From Zygophlyctis sp. KS116 (lineage: Eukaryota; Fungi; Chytridiomycota): 32,000 nt of DNA. The stretch is from positions 25,440 through 57,439 of the forward strand of contig BAAFSQ010000039.1 in the NCBI GenBank assembly GCA_054661495.1. The letters run 5' to 3'. The translations under genes were made by a program, and so were the position numbers. This document shows, piece by piece, positions 1-9,757 of the stretch. The notes beneath the pieces are model-generated. The model was not told where the DNA came from. It did not search any database and saw nothing but the letters and a program-made list of their open reading frames with translations. Position 1 is the stretch's first letter, and every line of letters starts with the position of its first letter.

Positions 1-2
1 TT

Positions 3-566
3 GATGGCATTAGAATTGTATCAGAGACGGAAAATATAAGACCACATAAATTTGTGAATGTTCCATGGAAATTTCTTAAACCAGGAGATTTAGTGAATTG
101 GCCGCAAGATGTTCAATATACTCGCATTTTTAAACTAAATGCACAGGACTTGCAAAAAGTATACGAAAACCTACACAGTATAAATTTCAGTCATGGTGCT
201 TTATTAAGACTTGCTCATTTTGGTAATAAAGACTTGAAGAGTCCTACCAGTTCTAAGGCTGCTCCATCGGACAAAAATGCTGATGGATGGGGAATGAAAA
301 GAAATTGGATTTCAAAAGTTCTAAATGGAAAACTCAAAGAGCAAACTAATAGAAAATCTGTTAATGTTCCATGGAGTTCATTAGTCTCTCAAGATATTGT
401 CGGATGGCCTGAAAACGTCAGATTACAAAGGCCATGGTATATACCGACAAAAGATATACAGCATATTATTGATCGTTTGCCTCTATTAGAATTTAGTAAA
501 CAATTCATTGATGATTACATGGCAACTGTACCAGAAGCTGTTGTGAAAAATGCACGCATGAATTAG
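3..566 (+). CDS. 3' part of an uncharacterised protein with tandem ~100-aa VPW...D[IL]VxWPxxV repeat domains (5' end outside window)
   Basis: The frame is open from nt 3 (DGIRIVSETENIRPHKFVNVPW...). Two similar units, VNVPWKFLKPGDLVNWPQDV...INFS and VNVPWSSLVSQDIVGWPENV...LEFS, start at 54 and 360. Confidence 0.8.
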   Translation, partial: DGIRIVSETENIRPHKFVNVPWKFLKPGDLVNWPQDVQYTRIFKLNAQDLQKVYENLHSINFSHGALLRLAHFGNKDLKSPTSSKAAPSDKNADGWGMKRNWISKVLNGKLKEQTNRKSVNVPWSSLVSQDIVGWPENVRLQRPWYIPTKDIQHIIDRLPLLEFSKQFIDDYMATVPEAVVKNARMN

Positions 567-852
567 ACTTGCAAAAATACATATTTTATACAAAGGATTA
601 TCTGCATTATGGCCTTGATTTCAACTAGCACATTCTCTTACCCTTTTAATAAATTGTGTTGACCATTTGATGTGCTAATTGAGAGAATGACATACCGATT
701 ATCGATTTGTAACACTAATGCATAGATTCATCCATCTAACTACTCGATGGTTGGACTTAAATGTCTGATTCAGAATCAGTTTTGGGATCATCTGATAAAG
801 TACAAAATCAAGAAACATTAAGAATTATAAACAATTTATTATTGAAAGAAAC

Positions 853-1056
853 TTATTCTTGATCTTCAATGCATGATTGGATATGACCCATCAGATCTCT
901 ATTTTGCTCATACAAACTCTTGATGACCCTTTTAGCTTTCATGAGCTCGATCTGTAAGCTTTTTTGTTTCTAATGTTATGATAAAAATCTTACAGCCAGT
1001 ACAGCTTCTAATTCCTCTTGTGCAGACTCCAAATTGTTCAATTCAGATGGGATCAT
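853..1056 (-). CDS. Small coiled-coil protein (~59 aa, SCOC/Slo1-like pattern), missed by the ORF track
   Basis: Exons 1056-994 and 969-853 are joined by a 24-nt intron 970-993 (GTAAGA..TAG), giving MIPSELNNLESAQEELEAVLAKQKSLQIELMKAKRVIKSLYEQNRDLMGHIQSCIEDQE. AATAAA lies on the minus strand just past the stop. A further 28-nt intron-like segment at 1066-1093 means the start may lie upstream. Confidence 0.6.
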
Positions 1057-1193
1057 TGGCTCAACCTAGGCCAAGTCACTAATTTGTCTTTACAGGGTTT
1101 GACTTTATACATTATACCAGTTATTATAAACTGTCAAAAGGCGTGAGAATGGGCGGTCGCACATGATGATGTCACCATTGTGTTTTAATAACA

Positions 1194-2159
1194 ATGGATG
1201 CAGTCGATGCTCCAAAGAGAATTGGCATTGATGATTTGGATTTTGTCCGATATGGTCTGTATGGATCAATATTTATAGTGGGAATCAATGCTACTCTTTT
1301 CCCTTTAGATACAGTTACAACTATCAGAATGGCTACTAATAATTCATGTGAATCAAGGATTTCAATTTTTAAATTAGTAAAGAATATGTGGAAAAATGAA
1401 GGAATTACAAGGTTTTGGAGAGGAGTTTTGCCGACTGTAATTGGGGGATTACCAGGACAAATTACATATTATTCAGCTTATGAGATCATGCAAAAATATA
1501 CTCAAGGTGTAATTCCAGGAGATGGGGATTTTAATGTCTTTGCTAGAGGATTTATATCAGGAGCAAGCGCTGAACTTGCAGGTGGGCTTTTTTATGTTCC
1601 TGCAGATGTTGTAGCTCAAAGACTTCAAGTGCAAAATTGTTTAGGATTTACTCATAATTGTAGATTGTATAATGGAGCTACAGATATTATTGGGAAAATC
1701 CTGAAATTTGAAGGATTTCTTGGATTTTATCGTGGTTATTTGGCTTATTTGGCTGCTTATGCTCCTGGATCAGCTGTGCAATGGGGATCTTATGAACTCT
1801 CAAAGAAAATGCTATATTCTTTATTCAAGATTATTGAAAACACCGACAATACCAAAGAAATTTATTACAAGGAGCAGATTGTTAATGCTACTGCTGGTGG
1901 ATTAGCTGCAGCTTGTGCTGTTTCTACAAATAATCCACTTGAAGTTTTAAGAATTAGACTTCAGTTGTTAAATTGTTCAAATCCCAAACATGGTCAGTTT
2001 ATTAAGGAGGGATATATACCATTGTTTATAAAAATGTATACAGAGGAAGGATGGAGAGTATTTTATAAAGGAGTTGGAGTTCGACTGTTTATGGCAGTTC
2101 CTACTGCTATGTTGGCTATGAGTGGTTATGAAACTGCAAAATCTTGGGCAGTAGATTAA
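1194..2159 (+). CDS. SLC25A44: Mitochondrial carrier (SLC25 family), SLC25A44-like
   Basis: Three carrier repeats (PLDTVTTIRM, PADVVAQRLQ, PLEVLRIRLQ) and EGxxxF[WY][RK]G motifs. The N-terminal DDLDFVRY resembles SLC25A44. Intronless. Confidence 0.85.
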   Translation: MDAVDAPKRIGIDDLDFVRYGLYGSIFIVGINATLFPLDTVTTIRMATNNSCESRISIFKLVKNMWKNEGITRFWRGVLPTVIGGLPGQITYYSAYEIMQKYTQGVIPGDGDFNVFARGFISGASAELAGGLFYVPADVVAQRLQVQNCLGFTHNCRLYNGATDIIGKILKFEGFLGFYRGYLAYLAAYAPGSAVQWGSYELSKKMLYSLFKIIENTDNTKEIYYKEQIVNATAGGLAAACAVSTNNPLEVLRIRLQLLNCSNPKHGQFIKEGYIPLFIKMYTEEGWRVFYKGVGVRLFMAVPTAMLAMSGYETAKSWAVD

Positions 2160-2257
2160 AATCTTTTCTATTTTTTTCAAGTTTCTATAGAGATGGCAAA
2201 ATGATGGAGGATTTGTATTCTAAGTGACTGCCTTTTTCATCATTCAACGCCGTCCTA

Positions 2258-4127
2258 TTAATGATTTTTTTCTTCAAGCAGGAAAGCTGATTTGCTCTTA
2301 ATGGTTCTAAATGATAGTGTGGTTGTTTTATCATTGGGGGAAAGGAATTCTGCAGGGTTTGCTCTGAAAAAAGTTGATTTGTTTCTATTGAAATGGTGAC
2401 AATTACCTGTATTAATTGCTTTAGCTTTTGATTCAGGGGTGCATGGAATATTCTTGACAAAAAAGTTTGAAATGAAGTCAGCATGGAGCATAGTTCTAAA
2501 ATTTAGCAATATCAATAATATACCATTTATAGAAAGACATAAAGTTTCTTGGTTTGCTGAGGTATAGGAAATGTCATCAATAGTTGCTGATTTCCCTTTA
2601 TAAGTTTCTACAGGCTGTCTAATTGATAAAACAGACCGAGCTCTTTTCTTAAGAGAAAGTTCAATTTCTAAATAAGAATTTAATCCAGCAATCAAAGAAT
2701 CTAACAAATCACAGCAGTATGAATCCATAATTTTAGTGTTTACGTCGATTGATTTTTCCCCAATAAGATAATGTAGCTCCAAAATTGTTCCTACTGCCCT
2801 TCCAAATCCCATTTTCCTGGTATATTTCTTTAGAATTCTATCTTTACAATGTTTTACTAGTATATTTAATTTTAAGAATATATTCTGAAGCTTCTTATTG
2901 TGAACGTTCAACTGAAATAACCCAATTAGAAGAAGTATATCATTCTTAATTTCATGAGATTGCATTGAGTTCTCAATCATCGCAAATTTATCCAGCACTG
3001 CTATAACAAAGAACATAAAGCAGAAGAAATTTTCCCCGCTTACCAAATGGTTCAAAATTAGATCATTTAGATAATTTCTTTCTTGTTCTTGACATGGATA
3101 AGTTGACCAGTGTGTGTACATATCCCCCAATCCTGCTTTATGATTCAAAATCTTTAATTTTTGAAAGGCCATATAGCTTGCAATATTTATATTCTTTGCA
3201 GAGACAAAATATTTACATAGTAAACGTTCCATAGAATTGCAAAACTTCTTGACATATTCAGGCATTGAATAATAAAAGATATTATTACTTGTGTCCAGAT
3301 TTAAGAATCCGGACTTGATTTTGATATAGATTTGTAATAATTGTAGATATATATTTGTTGAATTTACGATTATTCCATCATTTCTAATATATTATCAAGA
3401 ATGTAGATACAATTCAATCCATTTTAAAATATCTTGCAACTCCTCCAACGACGCTTGAGTTTTAGATTTTAAAGACAGAATATTAATGTAATCAGATACA
3501 CATAGATTTAAATTTTTAAATGGGAGTGATAATAACCTTAGTATAATTCGGGAACTTGAACTCTTTTGAATAGCTATATTCAATATCCTTCGAAAAATCT
3601 TTTCCAGATTACATCTTAAATTAAATAAATAAAGATTACTGACTTATCCAATTCCTTATCCTTGAATCATCCAGTTCCAAAAAAGCCGTAAATATATTCA
3701 GAATATCTATAATTTCATCGTTATATTCCACCAAATGAGCGGTAATCATGGTTTCTATTTTTTCCAGTAGGATTAATATCAAGTTTGGTGAATTCACTAT
3801 CATAATTAAACCATTCCTCTGATTTAAGATCTACGAATATTACCGTAGCATAAGCCGCATCATTCTTTATATTTAACAGCTGTAATAAGCATTTATAAAT
3901 AATGCTTCTTCTCTAATTGTCAGTTTTAATTTTAAGATATTCTTGTCCGGACGACCCTGAAAAGATTTAGGTACCTTTGAGTTACTCTTAAGACATGATA
4001 TCCAGTGATTAAGAAAATTAGGCTGCAATAATAGTCCTCTTTGAATCGTTTTATCCTTGCATATTTCATCAAATTTTAAAAAAGATTCAGATGTGTCCGA
4101 ACTAAAGAAAATAATGATATCTTCCAT
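2258..4127 (-). CDS. Uncharacterised alpha-helical (ARM/HEAT-like) protein, ~576 aa, 5 exons
   Basis: Introns 3913-3974 (62 nt, CTGAC branch point), 3819-3843 (25), 3615-3639 (25) and 3384-3410 (27) join three ORF-track pieces into one open frame. Leu/Ile-rich helical sequence; family not recognised. Confidence 0.7.
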
Positions 4128-4269
4128 TGAGCGACGTAAGTTTGAGAATGTCCCGATCAGTAACTAAAATACTTTCAACATGAGCGCAACTATTGGAAAG
4201 CTATTAGTAATGGAATTTATAAAGTTTGGACACTCTACAAAAAGATAAATTTGCAATTAGAAAATTCAA

Positions 4270-6033
4270 ATGCAAAATTTCAAGATGATCAAGTCGTTGA
4301 TTTGGTTTGGTTTACTAATGCATTCCTCTTTGGCTATGGATATAGACCAGGAATTGCAAAGATCCTTCAAGAAATTAAAAATCACCCCTCGACCTCCTTC
4401 TGAGTTATCTAAACTTCCTAATGAGGCATTGACGAGGATTGCATCGTTTGGAAAACAGCCACTATCTGATTTGATTTCTCTCTATAGAACTATAAATCCT
4501 CGAATTGACCCACTTGATATGGAAGCGGATAACCCACTAAGTTACCATGATGCATCAGTTGATCATCAGTCTGGATTGTCTGATTGGTTGCGAATGCCTC
4601 TCAATTCCCCAAAGAAACAATTTCAGTTAAAGAAATTATTGGAAAATCCAACGGTAGACTTCAATATTCAAAGGAAATTAAAAGCAATGATAGAAGCTGA
4701 GGCTGTTCCGTCTATAGGATTTTGGCCTAATGATCACTTTGATCCAAGGAAAATTGCAAAGCTAGATCTTGCTATAACTCAAGTTTTTCTACTGGGAGAT
4801 TTGTATTCATTTAATCTGTTATTAGATAAAGGAGTGATTCCTGATTGGGGGACTCAAGTTGTGGTCATAAAAGCAGGAAATTTGGAGCTGACTAAGCGTA
4901 TATTCAAGATAAGGGAGGAGGTTTTTAATACAATAGAGGATGTCCCAAGGTATTATCTTCTTTATGCGATACCTTCAGGAAATCTAGATCTGGTGAAATA
5001 TTTGGTTGAAGAAAGAGGAATTCAAGAAATTAATGAGGAAGTCATTTCTGAAACAATAGAAAAGGGGACTTTAGCAATAATGGAATATTTCATGGAAGAG
5101 AAGAGATATATAGTAGATCGATGGATGGATCTTGATATACTACATCTAATCCTTAGCAAAGCTGCCCGAAAAGGAAACCTGGATATGTTTGAATATTTGC
5201 AGAGTTTACAAGAAAATGTGTTTGGAAATAATGAAATTAAAAGATCTCTTTTAAGAGATGTTTCGGGAAGCGGAAACCTTCCCATGCTGATATATTTGAT
5301 GATAAATTTCAATAATGTTCAACCTGACATGGAATGCCTATATGCCGCTATTGATAACGGTGGATTGTTTGTTTTAAAATATCTTGTTCAAATTGTTGGT
5401 TTGGTCCCAGATGATGAATGTTTATTACGTGCTTCAAAAAAAGGTTATTTAGTAGCTGTTAGATATTTACTTCGACCTAAATCCAGCACTTCACATCAAT
5501 TAGTCCCTAGTTTAGATTGTTTGCAGGAGGCTTCTCATATCGGAAACATTTGGTTGGTGAAGCTATTTGTCGAAAGTTATGGACTGATTCCGAATTCAGA
5601 AACTTTGCAAAATACACTAGAGGTCTTTAATATCGATTTGATCAAATACCTGATTAAAAAAACTGGACTTAATCCATCCAATCAATTCTTGAATAAAGCC
5701 GCCGAACAAAGAAAATTCAATTTTATCAAATATTTGACTAGTCTTGGTGTCAGAGTCTCTAGTACAACAATTGAATCTGCGTGTCTTGGAGGAAATATCG
5801 AAATAGTAAAATATCTGATAAATCAGAGTGGAATGACTCCAAATCAAGAGTGCCTTAAACAAGCTGCCATGAGTGGAAATATCAAATTAGTCAAGTTTCT
5901 TGTTGAATATTATAGAATCATCCCTGAAGGAGACACTCTGAATTTTATAAAAGATCATGGAAAATGGAGAGATCATGATTATTCTGAAATATTATCCTAC
6001 TTGAAATCATATATGAATCTGATGGAAATATAA
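4270..6033 (+). CDS. Secreted F-box-like + ankyrin-repeat protein (effector candidate)
   Basis: Hydrophobic signal peptide (MIKSLIWFGLLMHSSLA), F-box-like LSKLPNEALTRIASF...LSDLISL, and more than 10 ankyrin-like repeats (xAxxGNLxLVKYL). Intronless. Confidence 0.85.
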   Translation: MQNFKMIKSLIWFGLLMHSSLAMDIDQELQRSFKKLKITPRPPSELSKLPNEALTRIASFGKQPLSDLISLYRTINPRIDPLDMEADNPLSYHDASVDHQSGLSDWLRMPLNSPKKQFQLKKLLENPTVDFNIQRKLKAMIEAEAVPSIGFWPNDHFDPRKIAKLDLAITQVFLLGDLYSFNLLLDKGVIPDWGTQVVVIKAGNLELTKRIFKIREEVFNTIEDVPRYYLLYAIPSGNLDLVKYLVEERGIQEINEEVISETIEKGTLAIMEYFMEEKRYIVDRWMDLDILHLILSKAARKGNLDMFEYLQSLQENVFGNNEIKRSLLRDVSGSGNLPMLIYLMINFNNVQPDMECLYAAIDNGGLFVLKYLVQIVGLVPDDECLLRASKKGYLVAVRYLLRPKSSTSHQLVPSLDCLQEASHIGNIWLVKLFVESYGLIPNSETLQNTLEVFNIDLIKYLIKKTGLNPSNQFLNKAAEQRKFNFIKYLTSLGVRVSSTTIESACLGGNIEIVKYLINQSGMTPNQECLKQAAMSGNIKLVKFLVEYYRIIPEGDTLNFIKDHGKWRDHDYSEILSYLKSYMNLMEI

Positions 6034-6223
6034 TAATTGATCTGAAATATGATGATGGCATTAATTTCAATAAAATGTAGGGATCAATTTATAATTCTAG
6101 AAACAATGTTTTTGTGGGAATTGAGCAAATAGTACTACCGTTTGCTACGCTATTCATGTCTGAAAATATTATATTCCTTCAATCATAAAAAATAATTGAC
6201 AGCTCTATTATCAATAAAATCAA

Positions 6224-6796
6224 TCAAATGGAATGAAATGGCAAAAGATTCGCTTCCGTGAGGAAATTATTAAAAACTCCAGAAACGGCAGCTATTCTGA
6301 ATGCTCTAAAAGGAGTGATCTCCTTTAGATCATCAACCAAATGCATATATAAACCTGAATGTGCTGCCAATGCAGCAAATCGGACTTTTAAATCTGTCGA
6401 GATCTTTCCCAATGCTCTATTTATCCGTTCTCCTTCAACCGAGTCCAACTTTTCCAAAATATATATTATAACCTTTGAAGATTGTAATTTTCCAGTTTGA
6501 TAGTCTGAAGACACTCTTTCCAAAATCTTAATATCCGGTACAATATGATAATTCTTCATCAAATCCACCAATATATCATAATCATGATCAATCAATGATT
6601 TATAAAGCGCAGCCTTTCCAAGATGAGGATCTAAATTAAGAATTATTCTAGCTCCAGATCTATTTTTATTCCTTAATAGATGCATGAATTGATATAAATC
6701 TCTAGAATTCAACAACATAACTAGGTCATTCCTTAAAATCCTGCCCATAGCACTACTTAATATAGTCAAATAGAGAAAACTAATGATGAGTTTCAT
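6224..6796 (-). CDS. Small secreted helical protein, possibly degenerate ankyrin-like repeats
   Basis: 190-aa intronless ORF with signal peptide MKLIISFLYLTILSSAMG. Segments ALYKSLIDHDYDILVDLMKNYHIVPD, LAAHSG and IAAVSG echo the repeats of the neighbouring gene. Confidence 0.7.
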   Translation of the reverse strand: MKLIISFLYLTILSSAMGRILRNDLVMLLNSRDLYQFMHLLRNKNRSGARIILNLDPHLGKAALYKSLIDHDYDILVDLMKNYHIVPDIKILERVSSDYQTGKLQSSKVIIYILEKLDSVEGERINRALGKISTDLKVRFAALAAHSGLYMHLVDDLKEITPFRAFRIAAVSGVFNNFLTEANLLPFHSI

Positions 6797-6848
6797 ATTG
6801 AAGATTTTACAGGACTGATCATGATAAATATTCTGCAGATATCAACAT

Positions 6849-6882
6849 TCGTTTCCGTTTCCACTTCCGTTTCCGTTCGGAA
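6849..6882. repeat. Short tandem (GTTTCC)n-like array in a divergent promoter
   Basis: gtttcc gtttcc acttcc gtttcc gttcgg lies between the starts of 6224-6796(-) and EMC1(+). Confidence 0.7.
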
Positions 6883-7049
6883 TAAAATTCTTCCATAAAA
6901 TTTTACTGCTTGGTCTGCTTTGCTGAATCCAAAAAAACCGTAAACTTAAAACCAGATTATAAATTAGATTCTAAAATTAATAAAATGTTAAATTTCAATA
7001 ATATTTTGCATGATTTAAAATGTGAATTCATGTTTTTCAATTTTTAAAA

Positions 7050-9256
7050 ATGAAATTCAAGATTTTTCTCATCGCAGGAACTTTAGCGACTGTGTTTTGT
7101 AAGGAATGGGATATCGTCAATACAGGAATACCTATTTCTCAGGGAATAGGATCTGATAGTTTATGGATTGTATCGGAGCAGAGTTTTAATCGTTTGAATA
7201 GAAATTCGTCAGTTGATTGGAGAGTTGCGTCAGGAGCAAATATTCTACAAGCTGAAATTATTCAAGGAAAAGGAATAGTTTATCTATCTAGAGAAAATCA
7301 TATTTCAAAGTTGGGATTACGATCGCTGGAACAGGGAAGTCTAAAATGGGAAATTACAGTTGGGAATATTTCTAAATTTCATTGCCAAGAATACATTTAT
7401 TTAGATGATAATACTATGCTAAACTTTGGTGGATCAAAGGTAGAGGAAAAAGTTTATGCAGAAATTAAAGATAAATCGGATCCAATGGAATTATCCAAAA
7501 ATGTGCTAAAGATTGGTTCTCAAAAGTTTGAGTATGATGTACATGAATTTGGAGAACCGCATCTTTATGAAATTTCTGGAAAAGATTTATTACTGTCGTC
7601 TCAGTCAGGATTAGTTCTCTTTTACAAAGATTTAGAACTGATTTGGACCAGAGATGAATCTTTGACACTGGTTGTCACGTCTGCCTTTGTAAAGGTAAAT
7701 GATGAAAACAGATGGGTGGCAGTTACTGAATTAGGTAAAAATAGTTTAGGGAAATAATGTAAAGGAACTATTGTAGCTTTGGATGCATCGACAGGCTCTA
7801 AAATATGGAGATTATACTTTAAGAATCATAAGTTCAACTTTATTAGCGTTTCAGAGACAGATGATGAATCTTTTCTAAATGTTTGTAGCTTAAAAGAGTG
7901 TATAAGAATCAATGCTAGAAATGGAGAATATAAATATATTTTGAAAGATGCGGATTTAATCATTGTTTCTCTACTGGATTCGCAAAAAGGAGATTTAAAA
8001 GAGCAAGGTTTTGCTATGGTAGACTCGAAATTAATGGTAGATTTGTATTTTGTCTCTAACAAATAAGGTCTCGGTCTTTGCAGACACTGAAAGAATGAAA
8101 GAATCATTCAAAAACTCATCGTTTTATTTTTACACAGGAATTGAAAAGGGCTCTAAAAGTATTGCAGGGTATCATGTAGAGTCAGATTCAAAACAAGTAT
8201 CCGGCAAGTACGTTTCTACAAAAGCATGGAATATTAATCTTCCTGACTCTGAAGTGATTATTGCTGCATGTAGTAATAAAAAGAATGGTATAATTTCGAC
8301 GGCTGATTAATTTATAGGTCCTATCGCATCATATGGTCGTGTCTTAGGGGATAGATCGGTTTTATATAAATATCTAAATCCAAATCTTGTTGCTTTCATG
8401 ACTGAAACAACTCTTTCAGATCCTGTTCACTCTGTTCAAGTAACTTTTTATCTGATAGATGTTGTTTCTGGAGCGATCCATTATCGCGCAATTCATCCTG
8501 GTGGTGGACGAATTCCAGGTAAAGACAATTCAGTCCAAATCCTGCTCTCTGAAAATTTTGCTATATATACCTATTGGAATCATGGTATTGAAAATGGAAG
8601 AGAATTTTTGACTGATTCATTTATTAATGAAACAATCCCAAATAACAAAGGAATGGAAGTTGTTGTGTTGGAGCTTTATGAATCCGAAAAGCCAGATAAG
8701 AAATCTCCAGGAGACCATTTTTCTTCATTCTCTTCCTTTTCACCTTTTATAATTTCAGGAGCCTTTGTCTTTCCATTTCCTATAGAGTCTATTGGTATCA
8801 CTAGAACTGTTTCTGGGATCACATCAAAACAAATCTTGTGTAAGTTTCCAGCAAAAATAAATAATAGTTGGTCTAAGTTCTGGACAAGTCTATGGAGTAG
8901 GAAGAAAAGTTTTGGATCCAAGACGTCCGATGGAATTAACTTTTAATGACAAGGAAGAAGAGCTTCTACCATATTCTCCTGTACTAGAGTATCGAGCCCT
9001 AAATTCCATTACACGACTAAAAGTAGCTAGCAAATGGATAACATCATGCCCTATGCACCTTGAATCATCATCTTTGGTTATTGTTGGAGGATTAGATATT
9101 GTATGTCGTATTGTCCACCCTAGCTCTAATTTTGATATTCTATCAGACGACTTTAATTTTTTTGGCTTGATTGGAACTATTGTAGTATTGGCTGCTGTTA
9201 CTATTGCAGCCAAAATAGGAGCCGATAAAAAGCAACTTAAAAATATGTGGCATTAG
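7050..9256 (+). CDS. EMC1: ER membrane protein complex subunit 1, ~695 aa, 5 exons
   Basis: Introns 7735-7764, 8037-8067, 8288-8317 and 8840-8867 restore WTRDESL, SYGRVLGDRSVLYKYLNPN, LDPRRP, LESSSLV, PSSNFDILSDDF, the C-terminal TM helix and LKNMW. Signal peptide present. Confidence 0.95.
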
Positions 9257-9342
9257 ATTCACATTTTCCAGAATAAATTGAAAGTTCCCAAACATAACTA
9301 CTTAGGTCTATTCAAAGGGCTTGTTATCAGAAAACCAGAAAA

Positions 9343-9726
9343 ATGTCAAACAAACCAGCAACTTGGGAACTATACACACTAGCAGCAGGTCAGTCAAAGA
9401 TCATCATGTCTCCAGACACTAAAGTCCCAAACGCCGCAACATTTACAATCCAAAAAGAGGATCATACACTAGCCAATGTCCTTCGAAATGCCGTTTTATC
9501 CAATCAAAGAGTTATATTCTGTGGATATAAAGTACCGCATCCTCTTGAACCTTTTTTCCTCTTGAAAATTCAAACAAATGGAGAAATTTCACCCAAAGAT
9601 GTTTTGTACAATGAAATTCAAAAACTCATCAGATCAGTGTCCGATTTATCTAAATCATTTTCTGTAAATTATAATTATTTTTAATCATAGGTTGAATTAG
9701 AATCTAGGCGAAGTTTAACAATGTAA
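9343..9726 (+). CDS. RPB11: RNA polymerase II subunit RPB11, 118 aa
   Basis: DTKVPNAATFTIQKEDHTLAN...VIFCGYKVPHPL signature. A 27-nt intron 9664-9690 gives the C-terminus VELESRRSLTM*. Confidence 0.95.
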
Positions 9727-9757
9727 ACAAATAAATCCATTTTCTATTAAATACAGA

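Noticed and set aside
2185-2484. 99-aa overlapping ORF as a separate gene
   Set aside because: Mostly overlaps the long exon in another frame, and no GT donor links its tail to the gene.
6049-6163. Possible C/D snoRNA (ATGATGA...CTGA, 9-nt match to a conserved 18S segment)
   Set aside because: No terminal stem, the complementarity is short and not adjacent to box D, and it lies in convergent 3'UTR space.
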